A stretch of DNA of 64,000 nt from positions 21,204,001 to 21,268,000 of the forward strand of contig NC_047064.1 in NCBI RefSeq assembly GCF_902459465.1, read 5' to 3'. Positions 12,831-34,038 of the stretch are shown here, one piece after another. Origin of the DNA: Asterias rubens (lineage: Eukaryota). The position numbers were made by a program, and so were the translations under genes. The number at the start of each line of letters is the position of its first letter. Positions within the stretch are counted from its first letter, which is position 1. The notes below the pieces were generated by a model. The model had not been told where the DNA came from, did no database searches, and saw only the letters and a program-made list of their open reading frames with translations.

Positions 12831-14257
12831 TTTGCTCCCCATTTTAAAGTAATAAAGATGCTTAGTCCGAGTTTACGCCCCAAAAGTGTATTATTTTAAC
12901 TAGAAATTTGTATAGCTATTCCTTAGAAAAGAGCTAAAAGCCATATTTTTTTAAATGGCAGCGACTAGGGCAGTTAAAATTGAATTGTCAGGATTCCAAC
13001 AAGACTTCACACTTATCTACAATGTATTAACAACTTTGCATAATTTATTTTGTGCATTGCACGCAGTATGATAAAGTTTTGGTATTGTTTTGAAACAGCA
13101 GCATCTGTAAAAATTCCTGCAGAGAAAAAAACTGCAACAATTGGACCATGCGACTCTAAGTAGCATAACAAGAAACCATAATAACTTGTATAGACAAAAA
13201 GAGACAATATTGATGTTCTGGGCATGTTTTTTTAATTTCTAATATTGTTTTCCTTTGCTCATATTTTGACATTCTTTTTGTGATATTTGGTTTACACCCT
13301 TAGCTTCTTCGTCTTATATTAATAAAATTAACCTATCATCATGCAAACAAGTCTACACCATTTCACTCCACACACACTCCTGGGGGTTCATCCACTACAA
13401 TATTGGGCAATGCGAACCATTCACACGTCTTGTTGCAATAAAAGCACCAAAATTGATCTCAGAACTACATGAATCACCATTACAACTCAACTGCAATGTC
13501 ATACGTCATACTAATGTCATCATCACTAAGCAATATTAAATAATGAAGAATCAGCACCCAATTTCATAAAAACTGGTTACCACGGAATTGTACGCTAGTG
13601 AGCCGTTCCATGTACATGTGATTGCACCCAAATGGTTTAGAGAAATCGTGCAAGAGTTTTTAAGGATCCAAACAGAGCAATGACCCACCTCATCAGAGAC
13701 AGGCTTGACCCCACTATTTAACAATACACTTGCTGTTTAGTACCACCAAGTACGTACATGTAAAGAGATATTTTTAGACCCAGTCTTGAAAACCTGCGAC
13801 TGCAAAATGTTTTTATCTTCTTGTTTTAAGTTTTAAAAGTTGATCACATTATGTTTAACCAGTGCAATAAATAAGTCTTTGGTCATCAATACCAATAAAA
13901 ATAGGCAATACTAATTTCAAGGGAAAAACTGTGAACTTATTTTCCTGGAGATAATATGTGCATGTTGAAGATCTACTCATTCATATCGACTTTAAAAGGA
14001 ACCTAAAATACCCGAGTTTGATTTGATTATAATAAATTGGAATATAAAAAGATTAGCTTATTCAACAATTAAATTATTTAGTAATCTAGAGCAATGCAAT
14101 ACTAGAACTTTAACAAGGTTTTTCACAATATAAAACTAACCAAGAAAAATCAACTGCTTACATAAATTAAAGTTACAAAAATTATTAACGGTTGTATGGC
14201 TTCTGACTGGCACCCCCGAACAAAGATATTGACAAAATAGGGACACCGCCAATATAG

Positions 14258-14330
14258 GGCTAGATAGCTCAGTTGGTAGAGCGCCGGCACGTTTATCCGG
14301 AGGTCGTTGGTTCGAATTCCACTCTAGTCA
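14258..14330 (+). mobile_element. tRNA-like (A/B-box) repeat: tRNA-derived SINE head or tRNA pseudogene
   Basis: A box TAGCTCAGTTGG, B box GGTTCGAATTCC, 7-bp acceptor stem, but non-canonical anticodon loop and T stem. Related copies at about 43222-43270 and 49250-49325. Confidence 0.7.
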
Positions 14331-14773
14331 ATTCTTTGTTCAACCCCAAAAATCAAAAATTATTGTGATTACAACATCATCTCGCCAGATATATTTTAAA
14401 GCTATTTCAAAACTGTAACTTTTGGAAAGCTTATAAATAGGATCACCACTATTAAGCTATAGAGCTGTTTTAAAGTTTGAGGGGAATTTAACGCACCCAT
14501 CTGTAACAATCTTTCTTCAAAAATATTACTCCGGTTTTGACCCGAGTGACAAGGTTCTTGAAGGAATGCTAAGACAAGATTGAAATATTCCTTGCTGTTG
14601 AAACTGTTTTAACACATGCATGTTATTCGTTTTACTTTCCATGTTTTAGATTCCATGCCCAAAAACACTTGTCTGTCTTTCCCTGCAGATGCATGTATTG
14701 CACGTCACTTAAGGAATATCACACGATGCCGTCACAAGCTTGCTGGATAAGAAGTGACTTTACGCCGCAACAA

Positions 14774-22418
<7,645 letters not shown>

Positions 22419-22804
22419 GTTGAGTTCTAACACAAACGAAAAGAATGATTTTCAATCTAAAAACCTTATTCTAACGAACTAGTAATACTAATAACATCAG
22501 AGGTGTAGCTGTAAAGGCAAAAATAGTTAATGGCCTGCAATTTGACCCTAGCAGAGTCTTTCTCAAAAAGGCTTAAATGACAACACAACAAACATGAACA
22601 GGTAACTAACTGTAACATAATCATTAAAGTGGAAATACATGAATAGTTCTACAAGTTAAGATCAAACACAAACAAAAAGAATGATTTAACAACTAAACAA
22701 TAACAATGTCAATGATGTAAATTTAAGCATTATAAAAATGAAATAAGATTACAGTCAACTCATATTACAACAAGGCCACTGGGACTGGCTAAACAGAAAA
22801 GGTG

Positions 22805-22814
22805 TTTATATATA
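22805..22814 (-). promoter_or_regulatory. Candidate TATA box for HSP70
   Basis: TATATAAA on the minus strand about 390 bp upstream of the ATG. The TSS was not established. Confidence 0.3.
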
Positions 22815-23501
22815 AGAGGAGAGCAAAACAAAGAAACACAAAGCCGAATAGAGACTCACTCATTTTTACAAAGAGGAATTTTTCGTTCTAGTTAAATAGA
22901 TACTACTTTATTTCATAACGAATGAAAAAGTGGTGGCAGGTTACAGAAACTTTTCCACTGCTTTTAACAATCAAGTTTTACTCGCATTTGCCATTTTGCT
23001 AAATGCTAGTTGAAACTAGTGCACTGGTAGTAGTTAGGGTTGGTTGGTTGCCTTATTTAGCGAGAACCTTTGTCATCTTTCCTTTGTCAAGTCAAGGTTT
23101 TATCAAAGCAGCAATATTTTCAAAAGGAAAACCTTTATTTATTTCAAGTCAAAAAGCTGAACAAAAATTTGGAAAATAACAGTAAAAATGCAAGCGAGTG
23201 GGTACAGACTATTTTTTAGACCGACTTGAAATGGTTAGGGTGACTTTGTATAAACGCTTTTTAATAATAAAGATTATAGATGTGCTCTCTGCTTCAACAC
23301 AAGCAAGCCTCAGAGAGTCATTGTCTGTTTGTTGTGCAAGATGACAGTATGGCATGGCCAGCCATGGGCATGGGGGTAAATTTTACTTTTCAGTTTCTTT
23401 ATTGATTTCATTTTCAAAACTTCAGTCCAAAGATGTAGAAGTCCAACATTTAAGAATTGGAATTAGTTTATTCCACCAACAGCAGATGACAAATTAAGAC
23501 A

Positions 23502-23651
23502 ATAGACCTTATGCATTGACGTCATCCAGCCGCCATCTTTGAGGTCAAACGGTGACGAAACAATCAAAACGCACATAGATTGACCAATGAACAATCTCCT
23601 TTTGACCTCAATGCGGGGGCGCCGTACTGAAATGACGTGCATAAGGTCTAT
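23502..23651. mobile_element. 150-bp MITE with 14-bp TIR ATAGACCTTATGCA upstream of HSP70
   Basis: TIRs at 23502-23515 and 23638-23651; the same terminus occurs at 7520-7537. Confidence 0.7.
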
Positions 23652-23725
23652 GAAACTGTTTCCCAACTTTCATGTAGTATGAATCATCGCGTGAGGGCGC
23701 TGTTCACAGCGCATTAGAAATCCGG

Positions 23726-23740
23726 TTTCTGGAATGTTCT
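23726..23740. promoter_or_regulatory. Heat shock element (three-unit HSE) upstream of HSP70
   Basis: tTTCt-gGAAt-gTTCt is a perfect alternating nGAAn trimer, with further GAA/TTC units at 23716-23765. It lies about 1.3 kb upstream of the HSP70 ATG. Confidence 0.6.
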
Positions 23741-26225
23741 ATTCCGAATCGGAGTTCGTCGAAACAATGACCGTGGGGAAAAACGTGGACATATTTCTTT
23801 GTTCCTTTTAAACATTAATGAAAAAAAGTTATGTGTGGCTTCATATATATCAAATAATCAATATCTCTTGAGAACATTAGCATAAACAGTACAATTTACA
23901 CGATTAATTTCACACTGACGTGTTTGTTCGTCGGCGCAGACAATAAAAAAAAAACCATGCCGTCTTTTGCTCACACAACGAATACGATCGCCACAGAAAT
24001 ACACCAAAAATAAAAAGATTTTCATCCAATAAAATACACTTTTCTGAGAAACAAAAGCCGAAGCTCACTTCACTGCTACATAATCGAAAAGATAAATTAC
24101 ATATTGGGTTTCTCACTTTGAGTTTCTTCAAAATTCTTACCTTTTAAATGGAGTTGGTGAGCTGAGGAGATGAGGAATGTTGGACCACCCGTTTGTAAAA
24201 GAAAGATCAGACGAAAAGTGTGTGACGACGATGGGTGACGTATGATCTGAAATGAATAATGCGTGTGACGTACATGCACTTTGTAATGCGGGTGCACGTG
24301 TGCAAGGCACATGGCTTGTAGTCTTGTTACAAGGTGTTTATTTTTAAGTGTGCCAGGGATGTTTTAAGAAAACAGAAGTTATGACATTTTTGTTCTCTTT
24401 TTGCATGATAATGTTTACACGTTTTTCTTATAACCAAAACAAAATACATTTGCAGCAAAAACAGTGCAATTACATAGTTTTATATACATCTATCTCAACT
24501 TGCGTTTATACAAAACATTTTGAATAAAGACTAGAATCAATCGCCGCCAGTTCATACCATGTGACTTGACACATTTCATTGGCTGGTTGTTTTTACATCA
24601 GACGATGACGTAGAAACTGTTAGTTTGTTGCTCCATGCTGTTACGAAATGCATTGTGTAAAATGCTAATAAAGGAAGTGGTATCAAAGTCAGATTTTTTT
24701 CCTGGAATTTTTCTCGACTTTTCGATTTCGACACACACCAAAAACACATTTTACTTCATAATTTGTGCCATTTTACCAACAACTGTTTTAAACACGAAGT
24801 CTAAATTTTAGTTCATCAAACCATCATACCGAATCTGTGCTTTCTTAGGCAGAGAAAACAATTTTACAATGTTCAACCATTGAATTAAGCAAAATACAAG
24901 TGAGCTACCACCACCAACAATGGGATGGGCAGCATGCATTCAGCTAGTAAAACGATATGCTAATTAAATTCCCATGATACTTAAAAAGTGGTGAAATTGT
25001 TGCAAAAGGACAGGCGGCGAAAATGTTGTAATTCTTCTTCTTTTTTGTCCATTAAATGGCCTCTTTGGTCTTCCTACGTACCCCCCCCCCCCCCCAACAA
25101 ATACCCCCCCCCCCCTTCCCATCCAGCATCCGCCCCTTCTACAGGCAGCAAAATATCCTAACACTCAAAAACCAAAATTTTTGCAGTTGATACTCTAGCG
25201 ACGGACTTTACTGAGCGCAAAATGCGCATCACACCACACACACGGACGCACAATCTGGCAGGTATGGTACCCTTTTCACTAATTTTGATTGCAATGGAAA
25301 GTACACTTGATCAGGCTCTAATTTTGAGCATTGGCAATGAGCATTGGTTGTGTGTGTGGTAGGTTTGGAAAGTCTCGCTAAAAAGTCACTATTTTTATGA
25401 TTTTGGGGATATCTGAAGGACTGACAGTGACCAGCAGACAGTAAGCATCATTAGTGCGGGATTATTTCTGGGTAAGTTTTTTTAAATGAAATAAAAACAT
25501 TTCTGACTCTGACTCCTGAGCGAGTTTTTTTTTTTAAAGTGATGATGTAGTCATGCTCGAGTTGTCATGATGAGTTGTAATGTTACTCAATCAATCCCAG
25601 ATGTTTCCCCTCTGATGTACAACTGCCAGTCCCACTGTTGCATAGATTGTGCAAGAGAAGATATGCATCTTGCTTGTGCTCTGATGATGGAGGCTGCCTC
25701 CACCCATTCCATTGCACTGCAGTCGATAATCAAACTGCAGTGTTTAAAGTAGTTGCGATAACGTAACCCTCCTCCCGACGGCCGCCACGCCGGAGGGTTA
25801 CGAATACGAGATTCCTTTTGAGCGGAAACGGTTGATCTGGTCCAACACGTACAATTTCGACAGCTAGTCACCAGATTTGCCCCATTTTTACCACTTTCAA
25901 AAATCATGACACATTCTGAGGGTACGAACTTGATCCGCAATGTCTAATGCAGCCTGCCATAAATACTCAAAACACCATTTTAGGAAATATTTCGAAGAAA
26001 AATGGACAAAAACTTACCAGATCCCAGAACAAAATCCCAGGTTCCTATTTTGAACCTGTCGCATCGCTTTGCAAACGCATTATTTTGTTGTTGGGCTAAA
26101 CCATTCTGTAAAAGGGGTGTTACAATGTTGCAGGGCTACAGACAGTGCGTGCGCGCCATTATGAGTGAACGGCGTGCAATGCAAACGGACAGCGCGCACT
26201 GCACTGCAACATTGTAACACCCTTT

Positions 26226-26426
26226 TCGAGACCTCAAGTTCTAAACTTGAGGTCTCGAAATCAAATTCGGAGAAAATTACTTCTTTCTCGAAAACTATGG
26301 CACTTCAGAGGGAGCCATTTCTCACAATGTTTTATACCATCAACCTCTCCCCATTACTCGTCACACAGAAAGGTTTTACGCCAATAATTATTTTGAGTAA
26401 TTACCAATAGTGTCCACTGCCTTTAA
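26226..26426 (-). mobile_element. MITE family A half copy
   Basis: Ends in GTCCACTGCCT|TTAA. Confidence 0.7.
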
Positions 26427-27238
26427 TATTTATTTAATCCTAGTTCAAGATCTTTTTATTTAGGTGCAATCATTTTTATAAATAATTTAAAAAAATGCTG
26501 ACTTTAATTACTGTTTTTTTTTAAAATTTTTATGCCCCAAAATAAGTAACACATTTTATTAATATGAATAATTTGAATGAGTGATAACTTTGTTATAAAA
26601 ATAACTTATAATATATATAACATAAGTTATATAAGAAAACAATACTAGCAGATAATTTCATTTGACCTAGAGCTAGACCCAGTTAAACTTTAAAGCCTTT
26701 CGACTAAAAGGGATCTGTACTCGAATTTAGTAAAAAATATACATTTTTGCATTTTCTACTGTGCAAAAATGCAAATGTCAATGTCAAACTTTTTTTTAAA
26801 TTAGTACAGCTACGTACTGGGTCTAAACTACTTTGGACCAAATATTCTTACAATACTTTTCTAACATTTTGCCAATCAACAGACTGTGCAAGCCTCAGAG
26901 GTATTCAAACATTTGGGGACCACTTTGGTCCCACACTGCCACAGACTATGTTTAAACATGACACGTGGAGGACACAAACTCATGCGCTTTAACGAGTCCA
27001 AATATGCACCAGGCTTGCACAGTCTATTTTAGGACATTAGGTAAAGTCATGCTAAAGTATAGTTTCTTCTTCTTTTTTAGATGGAATTTTGTCTTCAGGT
27101 ATTGACAAAAGACAACCCTTCAATGGTACAATATTCCACAGTGTTACCCCATGATAGAGTTGAGCGTTAATCTACATGCAACAGGAATCCTTCCATATTT
27201 CAGTCTCCGTACAGTTAGGAAACTTTTAAATAAAGAAA

Positions 27239-30200
27239 ATGAAAAATGAGGAACGGCAAATTCGGATTATCGAGTGGGATGATTTGGATAAACGTAAGTT
27301 CTACTCGTTGGGATTTGCCATGAGTCTACTCATCCGCGTGACAATCTATCCAACCACCTTGATCAAGACGAGACTTCAAGTTCAGACACATAATGCTATG
27401 TACTCCGGCACTTGGGACGCCTTCAAGAAGATCACCAAATATGAGGGCATGCGGGGTCTCTACAAAGGGTTCTTCATCAACACGTTCACTGTCCTGTCCG
27501 GCCAGGTGTATATCACAACGTACGAGGTTACCAGACGGGCTTGTGGTGAAAACGCCAGCAATGTAACTAAATCGTTTGTGGGCGGGGCTGCCGCTTCCCT
27601 CGTTGCCCAAAGTGTGACTGTCCCGATTGACATTGTATCACAGCATATTATGATGGAAGGCCAGAGTGTGAGCCTGGAAAGAGGACGTAGAAAAGTTACT
27701 TTTAAAGACGCTGGAAAAATCGCTAGCGGTATATGGAACAAATCTGGACCTTTGGGCTTTTATAAAGGATATACAGCATCAATAATGACTTTTATGCCAA
27801 ATAGCGCCCTCTGGTGGCCCTTTTATCATTTTTATGCAGGTTAGTTTTCATATTTTGGTATTTACATATCACAAGAAGGAAATGAACAAATTTCAGTTTG
27901 AGATGTGGGAGGAAAACGCTGGAAAATTATTCCAGGGAAAAACCTACAAAGTCAAGTAGGGACTGAAAACATCAATCCACATAGTGCCCCCGGTTGGATT
28001 CGCACTGGGGTCCCAGAGGTGGAAGGCAAGACACCACTTCACCAACCTGACCAATATGGAAATTTATCTCTCTGTGTTCCTAGTTTGAATCCCTTCAGAC
28101 CAGAGCCTTGCATGTGGATCGGGTTTTCAGTCCCTACCTAGTTGCTAAGGTTCTCCCCATTTGGGCCTCCCACATCTAAAACTGAGCGTTTCCCCTCTTG
28201 TTTTCTTTTCATCCTATTTATTAACATGATTTGGGCCAGCTAGTGTATAGTTAAATAAAGACAGCGAAAACTCATACACAATTCTGAATGAATGTATTTC
28301 ACAATGGTACCAGGGTTTACTCATCTGGAGGTTGCGATACAAAAGCTTGCTCCGAACCATTTGACATAATAATAATAATACACGGTTTTTATATAGCGCT
28401 TTTTCACGGGGTGTCTCAAAGCGATTCCGACATTATTACCCCTGGTCACTGGGCCTTAAATCATTCCTTAAACCATCTTAGCTCCCTGGGGAGTATACAG
28501 CCTGTGCGACAATTATATGTGCTACATGGCTAAACCAATCACAAGAACCATCTCTGCCCTCACAGGTACCCATTTACCCCTGGGTTGAGAGAAGCAATTA
28601 TAGTTAAGTGTCTTGCTCAGGGACACAAGTGTCACGACCTGGATTCGAACCCACACTCAACAGAGCAACTGTCTCTATAGTCTAAATATTCAAATTTTAG
28701 CGGTACCTTGTGAGTTAGCAAGTTTATTGTACCGGACTTTATTCAAATCTTACTCACAATGGCTTATTGTGACATGACCTATGCACCACAAGAACTGTGT
28801 GATGGTTTAGTAAAAGAGGTTTCCACCAAATTAATCTGTGTGGCCAGTAAAGGTATTTTCAAAGAAGATCTGCTTTTTTTCAAAATAGTTTACTTTTAAT
28901 TTTTAATTTTCAAGTTTGATGTCGGTGAAATTTTAAAGGTTTGATTATTAAAACTATAACTCAATTGTTTTTGTGTAACTCTTTTTATTTTCAGATGAGC
29001 TGGCGAAAATTTTCAAAGGCACGTTTCATTTATCAGTACCCGCTCTTGCAATTCAGGCAATGTCAGGACCTCTAGCTAGTGCTTCGGCGGCCATCCTCAC
29101 AAACCCAATGGACATCGTTAGAACGAGACTTCAGGTTAGATAAGGCCTATTGATCAGCAATCAATCAATGATTCAGTTAATCAATCAATCAATCAGGTTA
29201 GGTACATAGCACCAAAAATCAACATTTTTCTTTTACATAATAATAATAACCGTATTTATAACGCGCCTTTTGCCAAAGGACACAAAGCGCCAGGTATTAT
29301 TACTGCAAGGAGTGGGGCGAATTTTGAGATATAAGACCTAATCCTTAAGCACCATGTAATGGTTAACAAGGTGCTGTGGCGCAAAATTCTGCCAATCTAG
29401 CCAGGAACACCGGGGCGAACCCCTTCTCTTTTCGATAAGTGCACTGGGTTCTTTTACATGCGTTTACACAACACATGGGACCAACGGCTTAACGTCCCAT
29501 CCGAAGGACGAAGCAATGGTTAAGTGTCTTGCTTAAGGACACAAGTGTCACGGCTGGGGATTCGAACCCACACTCTGCTGATCAGAAACTCCAGAGTTTG
29601 AATTCGGTGCTCTTAACCGCTCGGCCACAACACTGTCACGTGTAGGTGCTCAGGCACAAATTGAGTGTTTAGTAAGCATGTTTCTCCACCATGCAAAAGT
29701 TTCAACCACCATGCAAAGTTTCAAATCCTACTCATGTACGTTTAGTGTTACTGGAGACCTTACTAGATTGTATCTCCGCCATGCAAAGTTTCAAATCCTG
29801 TGTACTTGGTGTTATCGCAAACCTAACCAGACTGTATCTCCACCATGCAAAGTTTCAAATCCTGTATACTTGGTGTTACCTCAAACCTTGCTAGAATGTA
29901 TCTCCACCATGCAATGTTTAAAATCCTACTCATGTACATGGTGTTACTGCAAACCTTACTAGATTGTATCTCCACCATGCTAAGTTTCAAATCCTACTCA
30001 TGTACATGGTGTTACTGCAAACCTTGCCAGATTGTATCTCTACCATGCAAAGTTTCAAATCCTACTCATTACATGGTGTTACCTCAAACCTTACTAGATT
30101 GTATCTCCACCATGCTATGTTAAAATCCTGTGTACTTGGTGTTACCGCAAACATTATTAGATAGTATCTCAACCATACAAAGTAAATTTTGTTTCCCTCT

Positions 30201-30476
30201 CACTATTGACACTATTCTTGAATTTTGTATATGAATATTGTTTGATTTGATGCAAATAACTTATTTGTTTTTCTCCATATAAAGGTCACTGGAGGAGATT
30301 CTATCGCAGGGTCGTTCAAGAGGTTGTACAAAGAAGACGGAATCATGGGATTTAAGAAGGGACTTTCTGCTCGTCTTATATCAACCATCCCAGCTGGTCT
30401 GGTTATAGCAGTCTCATATGAAACGCTCAAGCGGCTAAGTTTACGTCCAGAGCTTGCTCATACAGTTCAGTGGTAA
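27239..30476 (+). CDS. SLC25A44: Mitochondrial carrier SLC25A44, 3 coding exons, 310 aa
   Basis: Exons: 27239-27839, 28995-29134, 30285-30476 (933 nt). The N-terminus IRIIEWDDLDKRKFY is typical of SLC25A44. Three carrier repeats are present: YPTTLIKTRLQ, VPIDIVSQH, NPMDIVRTRLQ. Acceptor at 27213-27214; probable 5'-UTR exon ending at a donor near 25471. Confidence 0.95.
29245..29633 (-). mobile_element. tRNA-derived SINE in SLC25A44 intron
   Basis: On the minus strand: GTGGCCGAGCGGTTAAG A box, GGGTTCGAATCCC B box, then GTGTCCTTAAGCAAGACACTTAACC (resembles CORE/V-type central domains) and a (TTA)n tail. Nearly identical to 59245-59663. Confidence 0.85.
29690..30180. repeat. Minisatellite with about 62-67-bp units, about 7 copies, SLC25A44 intron
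   Basis: Unit CCATGCAAAGTTTCAAATCCT...TGGTGTTAC...AAACCTTACTAGATTGTATCTCCA. Confidence 0.9.
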
Positions 30477-30769
30477 CTAATGGACGAGTCACATTGCAGC
30501 GATAACGAAAACGCTTATTCAACCAATTGAGGGCGTGCATTTTTATCGTTCTCGTTTTCGTTCTCGTTATCAGGACCTGTGTGACCTGGCTTTTAGTCAA
30601 AGCAATCATGTTAGAAACTAAATCAATGGTTGTTCCTATCTTCAACCCACTGCGTCTGTACAACCAACCCTTTTTCATTTACAAAATGTAGATGCAGACC
30701 TGATACAGAGCCAATTGCCTCTGTGAGTTTGTGGTCATTGCTTTTGTGCTCCTGGAAATGTTCTAAGAC

Positions 30770-31430
30770 TGATGTAATACAGAGAGGCAACGGAGGCAGC
30801 CCCTTGAAACGTGTCTTAAAAGGCCTGATACTTAATGAAGGCAATTGCCTCCATGCTTCTGGTCATTGGCTTGGTGTCCCTTAAAATGTTCCAGGGGTCG
30901 ATTTCACAAAGAGTTGGGATTAGTTCTAACTGAGGACTAGTCTTAGGAGATATAAAAAAAACGTATGGCTAGTTCTAAGTTAGGACGAGTAACTCGTCCT
31001 AACTCGAGGAAAGACTAGTCTTAACTCCTTGTGAAATCCACCCCAGGTGCGATACTTGAGGGAGGCAATTGTCTCTATCCCCCCTGGTCATTGCTTTGGT
31101 GCCCTTTGAATATTGTTCCTAGTCTGAGGTTTCACAGAGGCAAAGAAAGCAATTGCCTCTATGCCCCCTGGTCATTGCATGGTGGCCCTTGAAATGTTGC
31201 AAGCTGCATACTTCACAGAGGCAAAGGAGGCACAGGCTTTGAGCGTCGCTCTTGAAGGGTCAAAGCAATTTCTCTCTGGTAAGCGGTACTTCTATGAGGA
31301 AAACGTAATTTTGTATTGGAACTTTGCAAATGTCACCACAGCAAAAGCACAGTGCACCATCAATGGTTATTGCCTCCCAGGCAATTGCCTCCATGCCTAT
31401 GGTCATTGCCTTCGTTTCCCTTAAAAAGTT
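30770..31430. repeat. Cluster of dispersed-repeat copies (GGCAATTGCCTCCATGCCCCCTGGTCATTGCC) downstream of SLC25A44
   Basis: About 4 copies here; also at about 58985-59140, 60000-60130 and 62100-62255. Confidence 0.75.
30894..31046. mobile_element. Palindromic MITE family E
   Basis: GGGGTCGATTTCACAAAGAGTT...AACTCCTTGTGAAATCCACCCC; also at 46461-46624 and 48750-48915. Confidence 0.75.
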
Positions 31431-32860
31431 CCAGTACAAATTTATATTTCCTGTAGACATGCCACTTACTAAGAAAACACTGCTTTGTACTTAAACAAGA
31501 ACAAAGCATCAGGCTTGTAGCAATGTTATTCTTTCTTCATGAGCAAATGTTCACATCTCTCTTAGTTTATCTCTTTAGGTAACAAAGAAACTTGGGAGGA
31601 ACAACTGTAGATTGGTTTAATTCTTTACCTCAGGGGTAATAGACCTTTATCACGGTGTGGCCATCTTGAATTTACTCCATTCCAACTCATTGTAACCAAA
31701 CTGAGGCTGGACGAAATAATAGTCTGGTTCTATGTTTGCGCAATTAATGTTAGCATTTATCATTCATTACTGTTATGGAAACAGGGAACACGACCAAGAT
31801 GATGACAGAGTGATAAAGTCTATTAATAGGTCATTTTAAAGAATGTCATCTTGTTACTTGATCACAGAGGACGTTCTCAGTGAGGAGACAAAATTTGTAA
31901 ATACTATGCAATAAGATGATCTTCTCTGTGTAGATATATTTTTATACCACATTGATAGCATTTTAGCGTTAAGAAAGTTTGATTTTAAAAAGGGGCTCCA
32001 AGGTCAAGTTCAGTTTGGCTATGCACTCATTTTCCAATAGATGGAGCCCTCAACAAAAATGGGGGGAAAATTCAAGCCTCGAACCTCACATTAAAATGGT
32101 GTAAAATGCCATGAGCCTTTTTGAGATATGGCGGACACAATGCTACGTAGACAACACTAGGTTTGGGTAAGTTTGTGTGTAAACACCCAAACCAAACTGT
32201 ACACTCTTATAACGTCCGCCATACCTCAAAAAAGGCTAATGTGTTTGATACACGTCAAGTGCATTTTTTCAAAATCCAAAAACATTCGCTAACGTCACAT
32301 TTCAATTTATGGGCTGTACATTTGTTGTACAAGGAAAAAGAAAGTCAAATGATCAGATCATGTGACTATAGCTAATGAGAGGACCAACAGCTACACACAC
32401 TTTGGAAGAAAACATCGAAACTTGCCGTGGTTTTTTTTTCTTCAATTTCACATAGAGGCTGTTACTGTAAGTACATAATAATAATAATAATAATAACGAT
32501 TACATTTATATAGCGCGTTATACTAAAAATAAGTTTCTGAGCGCTACACACACAAAAAATATATATAGAAGTACATGACCTGTATAAACTGAGAGTCAAC
32601 TATTTTTCAGATTTCCCTCTGTCAACAGCACGTTTAAATACTGATTCATAGGCAGGCCTACCTCATATTTAAACAAACTAGAAACCTGTCTTTACCTAAT
32701 TTTATTTTAAACTTACTAATGCAGCTTTCACTGATATTTTTTTTAATTGAAATATTGTGTATCCACCAAAATAGATTGATGATGTTTCATTTTTTATGCA
32801 TAGAGATTGTGAAAAAAAATCTACTGGCAAATCACCCGGGTGGGAATGGAACTAACTCTA

Positions 32861-33251
32861 TTAAAGGAACACGTTGCCTTGGATCAGTCGAGTTGGTCTT
32901 TGAAAAGGGTTCTGTAACCGTTTGTTATAAAATCGATATGGTTAGCAAGATGTTGTAAAAGTAGAATACAATGATCTACACAAATATGCCTCGAAATTGC
33001 GTGGTTTTCTTTTTACCTCGTCAACTAACACGGTCGGCCATTTATGGGAGTCAAGTTTTTGACTCCCATAAATTGCCGACCGTGTTAGTTCGCGACGTAA
33101 AATGAAACCCGTGCAATTTTGAGTGATACTTGTGTGGATCATTATGTTCTACTTTAAAAACATCTTTATAACCATCTGCATTTCATAACAAACAGTTTCA
33201 AATGCTTTTTATAGACCAACTCGTCCGATCCAAGGCAACGTGTTCCTTTAA
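32861..33251 (+). mobile_element. TTAA-flanked MITE family C
   Basis: TTAA|AGGAACACGTTGCCTTGGATC...GATCCAAGGCAACGTGTTCCT|TTAA, with an internal palindrome. Confidence 0.85.
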
Positions 33252-33304
33252 ATCATTGCGGTACCTACTGCTAACACTTAGGATTGGAACTGCCTCTAGC
33301 AACC

Positions 33305-33465
33305 TGGCTATCTTCGTGGTCTAGTGGTAAGACATCTGTGCTAGCAATGCAAAGGTTATGGGTTCGAATCCCACCCAGTGATTTGCCTGTGGATTTGTTT
33401 TTCTCAGAGTTCGGGTAAAGTACTGAGTACACAGTGTTTGGTACTCATTGGCGTAAGGGTAAAAA
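33305..33465 (+). mobile_element. Second tRNA-derived SINE family
   Basis: GTGGTCTAGTGGTAAG A box, GGGTTCGAATCCC B box; the body recurs at about 53450-53620. Confidence 0.6.
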
Positions 33466-34038
33466 TAAATTATATCAGAGAGTTTATTTGACTTCAGTGT
33501 CAGTCCATGACCAATGTGTAGCTATTCCATACTTCTAAAAAATGGGGATCATGATATTTCAATTTTACCTTATAAAAATGAGGGACCAGACTTATGATAA
33601 ATGTACAATGAATTGAGAATGTTACGATAATGTAATGCTGTTGAAAAGGAATTAAATTACTACAACTTTTAGGCTTTTTATATTGTTTTAAAGGGAATAG
33701 TTATGTTTTAAAGATTTGAAATGCTTTTATTACAATGCAGAAGGTTATTTATTTTCACTCAATGTGAGGAGGATTTATAATTGATAAAATCTGCTGCAAG
33801 GCATATAAATTTAAACAACAATTTCCAATAATCAAGCAAGATGAATACATTTATTCAATTCAGTTCTTTTAATTTGCTCAAGAATATCTTAAAATAAATC
33901 ACGGCAGGGTTTTTTCCCTCAGGAACCTCTTAAGAAAATTGTAATAATTTTACAGATTTTAAATAATGTTTTTAAGAGGTTCGGATTTGAATTTGAAGTA
34001 GGAGAAAAAAAGAACATTCATAATTATATTTCTGGAAT

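Noticed and set aside
13019-13122. Exon-like segment on the minus strand between HSP70 and MTX2 (strong acceptor; GIFTDAAVSKQYQNF...)
   Set aside because: Ends in a stop, has only a weak donor, and is not needed for the complete MTX2 model. At most a UTR or lncRNA exon.
14258-14330. Functional tRNA-Asn(GTT)
   Set aside because: Position 33 is C and position 37 is T, the T stem is mismatched, and degenerate copies share flanks, so it is repeat-derived.
26110-26225. 115-bp hairpin with 24-bp arms
   Set aside because: Perfect DNA palindrome abutting a MITE, best explained as a transposon remnant.
29678-30164. Several overlapping ORFs with repeated LYLHHAKFQIL-like peptides
   Set aside because: Products of the intronic minisatellite; no splice context.
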